A stretch of DNA of 29,012 bases from a virus (Duplodnaviria > Heunggongvirae > Uroviricota > Caudoviricetes), in the IMG/VR virus record IMGVR_UViG_2879731240_000003; one strand, given 5' to 3'. The position numbers and the translations under genes were made by a program. The notes under the pieces are model-generated. The model made no database searches. It was not told the origin of the DNA and saw only the letters and a program-made list of their open reading frames with translations. Below are positions 17,992-28,164 of the stretch, piece by piece. Each line of letters starts with the position of its first letter. The first letter of the stretch is position 1.

Positions 17992-18689
17992 TGCAGGATA
18001 TCCGGCAGGAAACACTGAATGAATGCACCCGTGCGGAGCAGTCAGCCCGGGTGGAGCTCTGGGAAATCGATCTGACAGAGGTCGGTGGTGAGCGTTATTT
18101 TTTCTGTAATGAGCAGAACGAAAAAGGTGAGCCGGTCACCTGGCAGGGGCGGCAGTATCAGGCATACCCCATTCAGGGGTCGGGGTTTGAACTGAACGGC
18201 AGGGGCTGTGCTGCCCGTCCGACACTGACGGTCTCTAACCTGCACGGCATGGTCACCGGGATGGCGGAAGATCTGCAGAGTCTGGTCGGCGGAACGGTGG
18301 TCCGGCGTAAGGTTTACGCCCGTTTTCTGGATGCGGTGAACTTCGTCAACGGAAACAGCGACGCCGATCCGGAACAGGAGGTGATCAGCCGCTGGCGCAT
18401 CGAGCAGTGCAGCGAACTGAGCGCGGTCAGTGCCTCTTTTGTGCTGGCCACACCAACGGAGACGGATGGCGCGGTTTTCCCGGGGCGTATCATGCTGGCG
18501 AATACCTGTATGTGGACTTACCGTTCTGATGAGTGTGGTTACACGGGCAGGGCAGTGGCTGACGAGTTCGACAAACCAACAACGGATATCCGGAAGGACA
18601 AATGCAGCAAGTGTATGCGCGGGTGTGAGTTGCGCAACAATACCGGTAATTTCGGCGGTTTCCTTTCCATCAATAAACTTTCTCAGTAA
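17991..18689 (+). CDS. Lambda L-like minor tail protein
   Basis: 232 aa with C-terminal Cys cluster (CMWTYRSDECGYTG..CSKCMRGC) as in lambda gpL. Confidence 0.9.
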   Translation: MQDIRQETLNECTRAEQSARVELWEIDLTEVGGERYFFCNEQNEKGEPVTWQGRQYQAYPIQGSGFELNGRGCAARPTLTVSNLHGMVTGMAEDLQSLVGGTVVRRKVYARFLDAVNFVNGNSDADPEQEVISRWRIEQCSELSAVSASFVLATPTETDGAVFPGRIMLANTCMWTYRSDECGYTGRAVADEFDKPTTDIRKDKCSKCMRGCELRNNTGNFGGFLSINKLSQ

Positions 18690-18693
18690 ATCC

Positions 18694-19437
18694 ATGACAC
18701 AGACAGAATCAGCGATTCTGGCGCACGCCCGGCGATGTGCGCCAGCGGAGTCGTGTGGCTTCGTGGTGAGAACGCCGGAGGGAGACAGGTATCTTCCCAG
18801 CGAGAATATCTCCGGTGAGCCGGAGGAACGGTTCCGGATGGCTCCGGAGGACTGGCTGCGGGCACAAATGCAGGGTGAGATTGTGGCACTGGTCCACAGT
18901 CATCCCGGTGGTCTGCCCTGGCTGAGTGAGGCTGACCGGCGGCTGCAGGTGCAGAGTGATTTGCCGTGGTGGCTGGTCTGCCGGGGGACGATTCACAAGT
19001 TCCGCTGTGTGCCGCATCTCACCGGGCGGCGCTTTGAGCACGGGGTGACGGACTGTTACACGCTGTTCCGGGATGCTTATCATCTGGCGGGGATTGAGAT
19101 GCCGGATTTTCATCGCGGGGATGACTGGTGGCGTCACGGTCAGAATCTCTATCTGGATAATCTGGAGGCCACAGGGCTGTATCAGGTGCCGTTGTCATCA
19201 GCACAACCGGGCGATGTGCTGCTGTGCTGTTTTGGTTCATCGGTGCCGAATCATGCCGCCATTTACTGCGGCGATGGTGAGCTGCTGCACCATATTCCTG
19301 AACAACTGAGTAAACGAGAGAGGTATACCGACAAATGGCAGCGACGCACACACTCCCTCTGGCGTCACCGGGAATGGCACGCATCTGCCTTTACGGGGAT
19401 TTGCAACGATTTGGCCGCCGCATCGACCTTCGTGTGA
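18694..19437 (+). CDS. Lambda K-like tail assembly protein (MPN/JAB plus NlpC/P60-like)
   Basis: MTQTESAILAHARRCAPAESCGFVV..ALVHSHPGG.PWLSEADRRLQ..GVTDCYTLFRDAYH.. Confidence 0.9.
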   Translation: MTQTESAILAHARRCAPAESCGFVVRTPEGDRYLPSENISGEPEERFRMAPEDWLRAQMQGEIVALVHSHPGGLPWLSEADRRLQVQSDLPWWLVCRGTIHKFRCVPHLTGRRFEHGVTDCYTLFRDAYHLAGIEMPDFHRGDDWWRHGQNLYLDNLEATGLYQVPLSSAQPGDVLLCCFGSSVPNHAAIYCGDGELLHHIPEQLSKRERYTDKWQRRTHSLWRHREWHASAFTGICNDLAAASTFV

Positions 19438-19976
19438 AAACGGGGGCTGAAGCCATCCGCGCACTGGCCACACAGCTCCCGGCGTTTCGTCAGAAACTGA
19501 GTGACGGCTGGTATCAGGTGCGCATTGCCGGGCGTGATGCAGGTGAAACCGAATTGTCTGCCCGTCTTAATGAGCCGCTGGCAAATGGTGCAGTGATCCA
19601 CATAGTACCGCGTCTGGTGGGAGCTAAAAGTGGCGGTGTGTTTCAGGCGGTGCTGGGGGCAGCTGTTATGGCGGTTGCTATATGGATGCCGGGGGTAGGA
19701 ATTATGGCGAGTAATCTGCTGTTTTCTCTCGGTGCCAGTATGACGCTTGGCGGTGTTGCACAGATGCTGGCACCGAAAGCCAGAACTCCCCGTACACAGA
19801 CAACGGATAACGGCAAACAGAACACCTGTTTCTCCTCACTGGATAACATGGTTGCCCAGGGCAATGTTCTGCCTGTTCTGTACGGTGAAATGCGCGTGGG
19901 GTCGCGGGTGGTATCTCAGGAGATCAGCACGGCAGACGAAGGGGATGGTGGTCAGGTTGTGGTGATTGGTCGCTGA
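19335..19976 (+). CDS. Lambda I-like tail assembly protein
   Basis: MAATHTLPLASPGMARICLYGDLQRFGRRIDLRVKTG.. and C-terminal ..VLPVLYGEMRVGSRVVSQEISTADEGDGGQVVVIGR match lambda gpI; overlaps the K 3' end. Confidence 0.9.
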   Translation: MAATHTLPLASPGMARICLYGDLQRFGRRIDLRVKTGAEAIRALATQLPAFRQKLSDGWYQVRIAGRDAGETELSARLNEPLANGAVIHIVPRLVGAKSGGVFQAVLGAAVMAVAIWMPGVGIMASNLLFSLGASMTLGGVAQMLAPKARTPRTQTTDNGKQNTCFSSLDNMVAQGNVLPVLYGEMRVGSRVVSQEISTADEGDGGQVVVIGR

Positions 19977-20036
19977 TGCAAAATGTTTCATGTGAAACCG
20001 CCTGCGGGCGGTTTTGTCGTTTATGGAGCGTGAGGA

Positions 20037-23000
20037 ATGGGTAAAGGCAGCAGTAAGGGGCATACCCCGCGCGAAGCGAAGGACAACCTGAAATCCACGC
20101 AGTTGCTGAGTGTGATTGATGCCATCAGCGAAGGGCCGGTTGACGGTCCGGTGGATGGATTAAAAAGCGTGCTGCTGAACGGTACGCCGGTCCTGGATAG
20201 CGAGGGGAAGACAAACTTTTCCGGTGTTACGGTGGTGTTCCGCGCCGGCGAGCAGGAGCAGACACCGCCGGAGGGGTTTGAATCTTCCGGCTCAGAGACT
20301 GTGCTGGGTACGGAAGTGAAATACGACACGCCGATCACCCGGACCATCACGTCGGCAAACATTGATCGTCTGCGCCTGACCTTCGGTGTGCAGGCACTGG
20401 TGGAAACCACCTCAAAGGGGGACCGGAATCCGTCGGAAGTCCGCCTGCTGGTTCAGATACAGCGTAACGGTGGCTGGGTGACGGAAAAAGACATCACCAT
20501 TAAGGGCAAAACCACTTCGCAGTATCTGGCCTCGGTGGTGGTGGGTAACCTGCCGCCGCGCCCGTTTAATATCCGGATGCGCAGGATGACACCGGACAGC
20601 ACCACAGACCAGCTGCAGAACAAAACGCTCTGGTCGTCGTACACCGAAATCATCGATGTGAAACAGTGCTACCCGAACACGGCGCTGGTCGGCGTGCAGG
20701 TGGATTCAGAGCAGTTCGGTAACCAGCAGGTGAGTCGCAATTATCATCTTCGCGGGCGCATTCTGCAGGTGCCGTCGAACTATAACCCGCAGACGCGGCA
20801 ATACAGCGGTATCTGGGACGGAACGCTTAAGCCAGCATACAGCAACAACATGGCCTGGTGTCTGTGGGACATGCTCACTCATCCGCGCTACGGCATGGGG
20901 AAACGTCTTGGTGCGGCAGATGTGGACAAATGGGCGCTGTATGTCATCGGCCAGTACTGCGACCAGTCAGTGCCGGACGGATTTGGCGGCACGGAGCCGC
21001 GCATCACCTGTAACGCTTACCTGACCACACAGCGTAAGGCGTGGGATGTTCTCAGTGATTTCTGCTCGGCGATGCGCTGTATGCCGGTATGGAACGGGCA
21101 GACGCTGACGTTCGTGCAGGACCGACCGTCGGATAAAGTGTGGACCTATAACCGCAGTAATGTGGTGATGCCGGATGATGGCGCGCCGTTCCGCTACAGC
21201 TTCAGCGCCCTGAAGGACCGCCATAATGTCGTTGAGGTGAACTGGATTGATCCGGACAACGGTCATGAGACGGCGACAGAGCTTGTGGAGGACACGCAGG
21301 CCATTGTCCGTTACGGTCGTAACGTCACGAAGATGGATGCCTTTGGCTGTACCAGCCGGGGACAGGCGCACCGCGCCGGGCTGTGGCTGATTAAAACGGA
21401 ACTGCTGGAAACGCAGACCGTGGACTTCAGCGTCGGCGCAGAAGGGCTTCGCCATGTACCGGGTGATGTCATTGAAATCTGCGATGATGATTATGCCGGT
21501 ATCAGCACCGGTGGTCGCGTACTGGCGGTGAACAGCCAGACCCGGACGCTGACGCTCGACCGTGAAATCACGCTGCCGTCCTCCGGTACCACGCTGATAA
21601 GCCTGGTTGACGGAAATGGCAATCCGGTCAGCGTGGAGGTTCAGTCCGTCACCGACGGCGTGAAGGTGAAAGTGAGCCGGGTTCCTGACGGCGTTGCAGA
21701 ATACAGCGTGTGGGGGCTGAAGCTGCCGACGCTGCGCCAGCGCCTGTTCCGCTGCGTGAGTATCCGTGAGAACGACGACGGCACGTATGCCATCACCGCC
21801 GTGCAGCATGTGCCGGAAAAAGAGGCCATCGTGGATAACGGGGCACACTTTGACGGTGACCGGCGCGGCACGGTGAATGGTGTCACGCCGCCAGCGGTGC
21901 AGCATCTGACCGCCGAAGTCACCGCAGACAGCGGGGAATATCAGGTGCTGGCGCGATGGGACACGCCGAAGGTGGTGAAGGGTGTGAGCTTCCTGCTTCG
22001 CCTGACCGTGGCAGCGGACGACGGCAGTGAGCGGCTGGTCAGCACAGCCAGGACGACGGAAACCACATACCGCTTCAGGCAGCTGGCGCTGGGGAATTAC
22101 AGTCTGACAGTCCGGGCGGTAAATGCCCGGGGGCAGCAGGGCGATCCGGCGTCGGTATCGTTCCGGATTGCGGCACCGGCAGCGCCTGTCACTATTGAAC
22201 TGATACCGGGGTATTTTCAGATAACGGTGGTCCCGAAACTGGCTGTATATGACCCGACGGTGCAGTTTGAGTTCTGGTTTTCGGAAAAGCGGATTGCGGA
22301 TATCAGGCAGGTTGAAACCAGCGCCCGCTATCTTGGCACGGCGCTGTACTGGATAGCCGCCAGTATCAATATCAGGCCGGGCCATGATTATTATTTTTAC
22401 GTTCGCAGTGTGAACACCGTTGGCAAATCGGCATTTGTGGAGGCCGTCGGTCGGGCGAGCGATGATGCGGAAGGTTATCTGAGTTTTTATAAAGGGTTGA
22501 TCAATAAAACGCATCTCGGCAAGGAGTTGTGGACGCAGATTGATAACGGTCAGCTTGCGCCGGACCTGACTGAAATCAGGACGTCCATTACGAATGTCAG
22601 CAATGAAATCACGCAAACCGTCAATAAAAAACTGGAAAATCAGAGTGCTGCAATCCAGCAGATACAGAAAGTTCAGGTTGATACAAATAATAACCTGAAC
22701 AGCATGTGGGCTGTGAAGCTGCAACAGATGAAGGACGGACGCCTTTATATTGCGGGTATCGGTGCCGGTATTGAGAATACGCCAGCAGGAATGCAGAGTC
22801 AGGTGCTGCTGGCGGCAGACAGGATTGCGATGATTAATCCTGCGAATGGCAACACAAAGCCGATGTTTGTTGGTCAGGGCGATCAGATATTCATGAACGA
22901 CGTGTTCCTGAAACGCCTGACGGCTCCGACCATTACCAGCGGCGGTAATCCTCCGGCATTTTCCCTGACACCTGGCGGACGGCTGACGGCGAAAAATGCC

Positions 23001-23516
23001 GATATCAGCGGTAACGTGAACGCGAACTCCGGGACGCTCAACAACGTCACGATTAATAAGAACTGTCGGGTTCTGGGAAAATTGTCCGCGAACCAGATTG
23101 AAGGCGATCTCGTTAAAACAGTGGGCAAACCTTTCCCACGGGACTCCCGGGCACCGGAGAGGTGGCCATCAGGGACCATTACCGTCAGGGTTTATGACGA
23201 TCAGCCGTTTGATCGGCAAATTGTTATTCCCGCGGTGGCGTTTCGCGGTGCTAAACATGAGCGGAAGAATAACAATATTTATTCGTCATGCCGCCTGATA
23301 GTGAAGAAAAACGGTGCTGAAATTTATAACCGAACGACCCTGGATAATACGCTGATATATACGGGTGTTATTGATATGCCTGCCGGTCACGGTCACATGA
23401 CGCTGGAGTTTTCTGTATCGGCATGGCTGGTAAATGGCTGGTATCCCACAGCAAGTATCAGCGATTTGCTGGTTGTTGTGATGAAGAAATCCACAGCAGG
23501 TATCAGTATCAGCTGA
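20037..23516 (+). CDS. Lambda J-like tail tip / central fibre host-specificity protein (1159 aa)
   Basis: N-terminal 800+ residues closely match lambda gpJ from memory ([34 protein letters not shown]..); C-terminal region diverges. Confidence 0.9.
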   Translation: MGKGSSKGHTPREAKDNLKSTQLLSVIDAISEGPVDGPVDGLKSVLLNGTPVLDSEGKTNFSGVTVVFRAGEQEQTPPEGFESSGSETVLGTEVKYDTPITRTITSANIDRLRLTFGVQALVETTSKGDRNPSEVRLLVQIQRNGGWVTEKDITIKGKTTSQYLASVVVGNLPPRPFNIRMRRMTPDSTTDQLQNKTLWSSYTEIIDVKQCYPNTALVGVQVDSEQFGNQQVSRNYHLRGRILQVPSNYNPQTRQYSGIWDGTLKPAYSNNMAWCLWDMLTHPRYGMGKRLGAADVDKWALYVIGQYCDQSVPDGFGGTEPRITCNAYLTTQRKAWDVLSDFCSAMRCMPVWNGQTLTFVQDRPSDKVWTYNRSNVVMPDDGAPFRYSFSALKDRHNVVEVNWIDPDNGHETATELVEDTQAIVRYGRNVTKMDAFGCTSRGQAHRAGLWLIKTELLETQTVDFSVGAEGLRHVPGDVIEICDDDYAGISTGGRVLAVNSQTRTLTLDREITLPSSGTTLISLVDGNGNPVSVEVQSVTDGVKVKVSRVPDGVAEYSVWGLKLPTLRQRLFRCVSIRENDDGTYAITAVQHVPEKEAIVDNGAHFDGDRRGTVNGVTPPAVQHLTAEVTADSGEYQVLARWDTPKVVKGVSFLLRLTVAADDGSERLVSTARTTETTYRFRQLALGNYSLTVRAVNARGQQGDPASVSFRIAAPAAPVTIELIPGYFQITVVPKLAVYDPTVQFEFWFSEKRIADIRQVETSARYLGTALYWIAASINIRPGHDYYFYVRSVNTVGKSAFVEAVGRASDDAEGYLSFYKGLINKTHLGKELWTQIDNGQLAPDLTEIRTSITNVSNEITQTVNKKLENQSAAIQQIQKVQVDTNNNLNSMWAVKLQQMKDGRLYIAGIGAGIENTPAGMQSQVLLAADRIAMINPANGNTKPMFVGQGDQIFMNDVFLKRLTAPTITSGGNPPAFSLTPGGRLTAKNADISGNVNANSGTLNNVTINKNCRVLGKLSANQIEGDLVKTVGKPFPRDSRAPERWPSGTITVRVYDDQPFDRQIVIPAVAFRGAKHERKNNNIYSSCRLIVKKNGAEIYNRTTLDNTLIYTGVIDMPAGHGHMTLEFSVSAWLVNGWYPTASISDLLVVVMKKSTAGISIS

Positions 23517-23535
23517 ATTTTATAACCCAGATACG

Positions 23536-23559
23536 GGCACCAGAAATGGTGCCTTTTTT
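23536..23559 (+). terminator. Intrinsic terminator after J
   Basis: GGCACC-AGAAAT-GGTGCC followed by TTTTTT. Confidence 0.6.
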
Positions 23560-23583
23560 ATTGCAGAAAAGCGAGAGGTAATT

Positions 23584-24183
23584 ATGCGTAAACTTTATGC
23601 TGCCATTTTGTCCGCAGCCATCTGTCTGGCTGTATCCGGTGCGCCTGCATGGGCGTCTGAACATCAGTCCACGCTGAGCGCGGGGTATCTTCATGCCTCG
23701 ACGAACGCTCCCGGCAGTGATGATCTGAACGGGATTAACGTGAAATACCGTTATGAGTTTACGGACACGCTGGGGCTGGTGACGTCATTCAGCTATGCCA
23801 ACGCTGAAGATGAGCAAAAAACGCATTACAGTGATACCCGCTGGCATGAGGATTCCGTGCGTAACCGCTGGTTCAGCGTGATGGCGGGGCTGTCTGTGCG
23901 CGTGAATGAATGGTTCAGCGCGTATGCGATGGCGGGCGTGGCTTACAGCCGTGTGTCGACCTTCTCCGGGGATTATCTCCGCGTAACTGACAACAAGGGG
24001 AAAACGCACGATGTGCTGACCGGGAGTGATGACAACCGCCACAGCAACACGTCTCTGGCGTGGGGGGCTGGCGTGCAGTTTAACCCGACCGAATCCGTGG
24101 CCATTGACCTTGCTTATGAAGGTTCCGGCAGTGGCGACTGGCGCACTGACGGTTTCATCGTGGGTGTCGGTTATAAGTTCTGA
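23584..24183 (+). CDS. lom: Lom/Ail-family outer-membrane beta-barrel protein
   Basis: Signal peptide ([24 protein letters not shown]), about 199 aa, C-terminal ..GVGYKF; position immediately after J as in lambda. Confidence 0.85.
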   Translation: MRKLYAAILSAAICLAVSGAPAWASEHQSTLSAGYLHASTNAPGSDDLNGINVKYRYEFTDTLGLVTSFSYANAEDEQKTHYSDTRWHEDSVRNRWFSVMAGLSVRVNEWFSAYAMAGVAYSRVSTFSGDYLRVTDNKGKTHDVLTGSDDNRHSNTSLAWGAGVQFNPTESVAIDLAYEGSGSGDWRTDGFIVGVGYKF

Positions 24184-24210
24184 TTAGCCAGGTAACACAG
24201 TGTTATGACA

Positions 24211-24235
24211 GCCCGCTGGTTCAGGCGGGCTTTTT
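24211..24235 (+). terminator. Intrinsic terminator after lom
   Basis: GCCCGC-TGGTTCAG-GCGGGC followed by TTTTT. Confidence 0.6.
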
Positions 24236-24246
24236 GTGGGGTGAAT

Positions 24247-25308
24247 ATGGCAGTAAAGATTTCAGGTGTACTGAAAGATGGGGCGGGTAAACCTGTCGTA
24301 AATTGTGCGATTGAACTGCGGGCCAGAAGAACCAGTCCGACCGTTGTGGCACACGTTGTTGCCACTTGCGTGACGGACAATAACGGTGCTTATGTGATTG
24401 AGGCTGAGCCGGGGTATTACGAGGTTGCGCTTCACTGTAACGGCTGGCAGCCAACCCGTGTCGGGGATATTGATGTGGCACCGACTGATGCACCGGGGAC
24501 ACTGAACGCGTTTCTGAATGCACCAAAGGATGGTGATTTACGTCCGGAGGTGATGAAGCGCTTTGAGGAAATGGTGGCGCAGGCGCAGCAGAGTGCCGGG
24601 GCTGCAGCCGGAAACGCACAGCAGACGGCGCAGGATGTGGCGGCAGCCGCAACGGCCCGTGATGATGCACAACGTTTTGCGGAGAAAGCCCGACAGGATG
24701 CAACCGTCACAGCTGAGGACAGAAAGGCCACTGCGGAAGATGTGACAAGCACAGGAGCAAATGCAGCCGCAGCCGGACAGAGCGCACAGGATGCCGCAGG
24801 TTATGCCCGCGCAGCAGAACAGGCCAAAAATGACATTGATGCTGCGCTGACCGGCACTCTGAAAATGGCTAACCATCTGTCAGAAATCGCAGCAGCAGGC
24901 GAAAAGGCACAACAGAAGTCCCGGGATAATCTGGGGCTGAAAAGTGCGGCCACGATGGAAGCACAGAGCGACATTTACGACCGGACAAAAGGCCGTCTGG
25001 CGATACCCGGCGCATTCGGCTTTGGGTGTGCTTTTCTGCCTGAAGATGTTATCCGTTTTGACACTAAGAGTGATTTCCTGGCCTGGGTAAGGAATGCGCT
25101 GCCAGGTGAATATTCCGTTGCTGGCCCCTACGGCATCATCATACCCGACACACGGTTTGAAGGGGTGCTCAGCATCCGGTGGACTGATGCACGCCCTGAG
25201 ACAACAGAACCGCGGTACAGAGCCAAATCCCTTACTTTTTACGGCATTAACGGCCCCATTTATCACACCCGCTACCGCTACTGGCCCATATCCAGACTGA
25301 CTGGGTGA
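24247..25308 (+). CDS. Side tail fibre (Stf)-like protein, short form (353 aa) with divergent C-terminal domain
   Basis: N-terminus MAVKISGVLKDGAGKPV.NC.IEL.ARR matches the lambda Stf N-terminal anchor; Ala-rich central region; unrelated C-terminus. Confidence 0.7.
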   Translation: MAVKISGVLKDGAGKPVVNCAIELRARRTSPTVVAHVVATCVTDNNGAYVIEAEPGYYEVALHCNGWQPTRVGDIDVAPTDAPGTLNAFLNAPKDGDLRPEVMKRFEEMVAQAQQSAGAAAGNAQQTAQDVAAAATARDDAQRFAEKARQDATVTAEDRKATAEDVTSTGANAAAAGQSAQDAAGYARAAEQAKNDIDAALTGTLKMANHLSEIAAAGEKAQQKSRDNLGLKSAATMEAQSDIYDRTKGRLAIPGAFGFGCAFLPEDVIRFDTKSDFLAWVRNALPGEYSVAGPYGIIIPDTRFEGVLSIRWTDARPETTEPRYRAKSLTFYGINGPIYHTRYRYWPISRLTG

Positions 25309-25658
25309 AAATAAATATAACCACAGAAGATATTATTTACAGAATCGTGGCGAGCTCTGTCCGCAACAGATGGGGAGACCCTGACATTGGCGGGCTGATT
25401 ATTGCTGCGTACCAGGGAGAAGCTGACGGTGATAAAGTCATCAGACTTGTCAGGGGGCAGTCATACAGAGGCTCACGACTGGGACCGGTGGGGATTTCAG
25501 TGCCCGGTACTCCCACCGGAACGTATATAGCATCCCCACAATTTTTCATTACGGGATGTTCAGAGCATTCATTACCAGGGTCATATTGCGCCCTGTCCGG
25601 GGTGCCGGATGCTCATGTCTCTGGCGCAATGCCCGGGCTTTTTATTCGCACATCGTGA
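25305..25658 (+). CDS. Hypothetical protein (117 aa), GTG start overlapping the stf-like stop (GTGA)
   Basis: ORF-track ORF; no family recognised; position suggests a fibre-associated or chaperone function. Confidence 0.35.
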   Translation: MKINITTEDIIYRIVASSVRNRWGDPDIGGLIIAAYQGEADGDKVIRLVRGQSYRGSRLGPVGISVPGTPTGTYIASPQFFITGCSEHSLPGSYCALSGVPDAHVSGAMPGLFIRTS

Positions 25659-25668
25659 GGAATGCACC

Positions 25669-26233
25669 GTGGAAATTAAAAAAATCATTAATCCCCGTTA
25701 TACCGAAAGTGGCGCAGTAGACTGTGACGTTTTTTTTTGACGACAGGGACCAGGCAGTTCCCTACACAGCCACCGCTGATGATGTTGCACCGACGGGTCA
25801 GCAAATCTGGCAGGAACTGCAAAGTGGCAAATGGGGTGAGATAGCCCCATTCACTGTGACACCAGAAATGCTGGAAGCGGCCAGAGAGGCCAGACGTCAG
25901 GAAATTGAAGCATGGCGCACAGAACAGGAGGCGAAGCCGTTCACGTTTGAATGGAACGGCCGCACGTGGAACGCTGACGCCTCGTCAGTGGCCCGCCTGT
26001 CCCCGGTGGTCATGCTGGCAAAATCTGTCGCGGCACAAACACATATGGTGTGGAGTGATGCGGATAATCAGCAGGTGAAACTGTCGATGCCGGAACTGGA
26101 AGAACTGGCGGCAGCAATGGTGCAGGCGCAGGTCGATCGCAACGATGAGATTTATCGCCGTCAGCGGGAGATGAAAGAGGAGCTGAGCAGTCTGGATGAT
26201 TTGGCTTCAATTCGGGCGTTTGACGTTAAGTAA
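25669..26233 (+). pseudogene. Tail fibre assembly/chaperone-like gene (DUF4376-like C-terminus) interrupted by a frameshift at a T9 tract
   Basis: GTG 25669 behind GAGGAA opens a 23-codon frame that stops at 25738..25740; the 169-aa body (25724..26233) is in the +1 frame. C-terminal pattern W.DADN..V.LS..EL..LA.AM resembles DUF4376 tail-fibre chaperones (from memory). Confidence 0.5.
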
Positions 26234-26348
26234 TGAATAAGCCGCAACTGGCGGAATCACAGAAGACCGCTTTGCTTACCGAAGCGGAGTCTGTCATCCG
26301 GCAGCCGGGGCGTGCTGTCAGGCTGAACAGGGAAACGGATGAATCAGG

Positions 26349-26376
26349 GGAGGCCCGGGGGCGGGCCTCCGTTTTT
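26349..26376 (+). terminator. Strong intrinsic terminator between the convergent tail-fibre genes and ipaH
   Basis: Perfect 9-bp stem GGAGGCCCG / CGGGCCTCC with GGGG loop followed by GTTTTT. Confidence 0.7.
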
Positions 26377-26412
26377 CCGGAGTCAGTCCGGTCTGTGGTT
26401 TATGCGATGTGA

Positions 26413-28164
26413 TTATGAATGGTGCAGTTGTGAGCCGTTTTCAGGCAATCGCAGGGCCAGTACCTCGTCAGTCAGCTGACGGTAAATCTGCTGTTCAGTC
26501 TCACGCATCACCTGTGCACCGGCTTCCCTCTCCGCATCCGCATCACCGCTCAGACCTGATGCTTTCAGCCGGTCAGCCACCCTCTGAGGGTACTCATTCT
26601 CCAGCATCTCATATTTCTGCTCTTCTGCCTGCGCCCAGCGGTCAGCTTCCGTACGCTTCAGTACAGCATGCCATGGTCCCCAGAGGGAGAACCAGTCCGT
26701 AAATTCATTCTCTTCACGGCTTCTGACCATGGCTTCGGCAGTGCGGAGGTCATTTGCTGTCACTCCCGACACGCCATAGAAACGCATTTCCTTCACGGCA
26801 GTGGAGAGCTGAAGTTTCTCTGCGAGCATGGTCTGGAAGGCCAGGTAGACTTCTATCTCATCCACAAAATGGAGAGTTCTGACTTTATCCCGGGCAATAT
26901 CCTCCAGAATTTCGAGGCGGAACATTTCCCTGCCCAGGGAGAGCAGAGCGCCGGTATCATTATCGAAAAGGCCTTCTGATGCCTGATGGACCAGGAGGGT
27001 TTTCCGGAGATTGTTCCATGTGAGCGCGACACGGTCCTCACAGCTCTCAGTGGCATCAGCAGCAACAGCGAAAGACTGCTGTCGAAGCTCCGCAGAGGCA
27101 CTGAGTTTTTCCAGCCATGCAGCGACCTGTTCACGGAATCCGGAGGTATTGCGTGCAGAGACGGTATCGGAAAGGCGGTCAAGGAACGCGGAAAAGGTGT
27201 TGGCGTGCTCTTCATGTTCAAAAGCATGCCATATCTGTGATACATCAGATTGTTTGTTTTCCGGGAACCATGCTGTCACGGCATCAGCCAGGGGGCGATG
27301 GAGTGTATTCTGTTGTCCGTCACTCATGGAGAAGTAAATCTGCGGGCCGTGGTAGTCCGGCGAAGATGTTAATCTTTGCAGGGATTGCAGAGCATGGGAT
27401 GACAATGGGTTATCACTAATATCTATTGAACATTCATTCCTCAGATTAAGAATGCTTTCCGGGATATGACTTATCTGATTTATGTCAAAATAACCGTTCC
27501 TTAAATTTTCCGGCAGGTATGGAATATCGGTTAACATATTGTCGATTGCCCATATGGAGTGAATGTTGTGAGGTAGAGGGGGGAGTTCACTAAGAAGATT
27601 CCCTATTGCGCTAATCTCTTGTAAAGAAAATGGTAAAGGTGGTAAAACTGCCAGCCCATTACATGATACATCTAATGTTTCCAGTAGTTCTGGTAAAACA
27701 GGAAGAGAACATAATTGATTATTTGAGACATGAAGCTCCTTCAAAGATATGGGGAGTGTGGGTAGTGTGATTAGTTGATTGTGGGACGCATTCAATAATT
27801 TAAGTCCTTGAGGCAAAGCAGGCAGTTCAATAAGTCTGTTATAGCTGACATTAAGTTGTGTAAGGGACGCAGGCAATGGGGAGATTAAGCTTAAATTATT
27901 TTTACTTATATTAATTGATTTAATTCCCGGGGGGATTTCAGGTAATGTTGTCAGGCCTAATTCAGACAAGTCCAGGTTCGTCTCTTGGTTTTGTAGACAT
28001 GATACTAGTCGCTGAAAAGCGATGTCTCGTTGTTCTTCTTGTATGCGGTTATTTTTCCATTCAGTCCAATGGGTTAGATAATTTTCATATGCGCGGCTAG
28101 TGTCGATTGAATAAGTGGAGAACGAATTTGAAATTAATCTGTGATTGTTATTTGTCGGGAGCAT
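26413..28164 (-). CDS. ipaH: IpaH-family type III secreted effector: N-terminal leucine-rich repeats plus C-terminal NEL-type E3 ubiquitin ligase domain
   Basis: 583 aa; N-terminus MLPTNNN..; about nine 20-residue LRRs (L..LP.LP..L..L.VS.N.L); C-terminal domain with the catalytic CEDR motif (..ADATESCEDRVALTWNNLRK..) matching Shigella IpaH proteins from memory. Confidence 0.95.
   Translation of the reverse strand: MLPTNNNHRLISNSFSTYSIDTSRAYENYLTHWTEWKNNRIQEEQRDIAFQRLVSCLQNQETNLDLSELGLTTLPEIPPGIKSINISKNNLSLISPLPASLTQLNVSYNRLIELPALPQGLKLLNASHNQLITLPTLPISLKELHVSNNQLCSLPVLPELLETLDVSCNGLAVLPPLPFSLQEISAIGNLLSELPPLPHNIHSIWAIDNMLTDIPYLPENLRNGYFDINQISHIPESILNLRNECSIDISDNPLSSHALQSLQRLTSSPDYHGPQIYFSMSDGQQNTLHRPLADAVTAWFPENKQSDVSQIWHAFEHEEHANTFSAFLDRLSDTVSARNTSGFREQVAAWLEKLSASAELRQQSFAVAADATESCEDRVALTWNNLRKTLLVHQASEGLFDNDTGALLSLGREMFRLEILEDIARDKVRTLHFVDEIEVYLAFQTMLAEKLQLSTAVKEMRFYGVSGVTANDLRTAEAMVRSREENEFTDWFSLWGPWHAVLKRTEADRWAQAEEQKYEMLENEYPQRVADRLKASGLSGDADAEREAGAQVMRETEQQIYRQLTDEVLALRLPENGSQLHHS
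27414..27996 (-). repeat. Tandem degenerate roughly 60-bp repeats encoding the IpaH leucine-rich repeats
   Basis: Periodic LRR units in the translation and a visibly AT-rich periodic DNA segment. Confidence 0.6.

Noticed and set aside
18042-19601. Minus-strand and out-of-frame ORFs overlapping L, K and I (e.g. 18042..18695, 18709..19137, 19019..19384)
   Set aside because: They overlap genes with strong lambda homology on the other strand or frame; no support.
20967-22724. 585-aa minus-strand ORF antisense to J
   Set aside because: Lies entirely within the J gene on the opposite strand; Arg/Pro-rich low-complexity translation typical of an antisense artefact.
24221-24876. Minus-strand ORFs antisense to the Ala-rich region of the stf-like gene
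   Set aside because: Translations are low-complexity (Pro/Ser/Cys-rich) mirror images of the GCN-rich coding strand.
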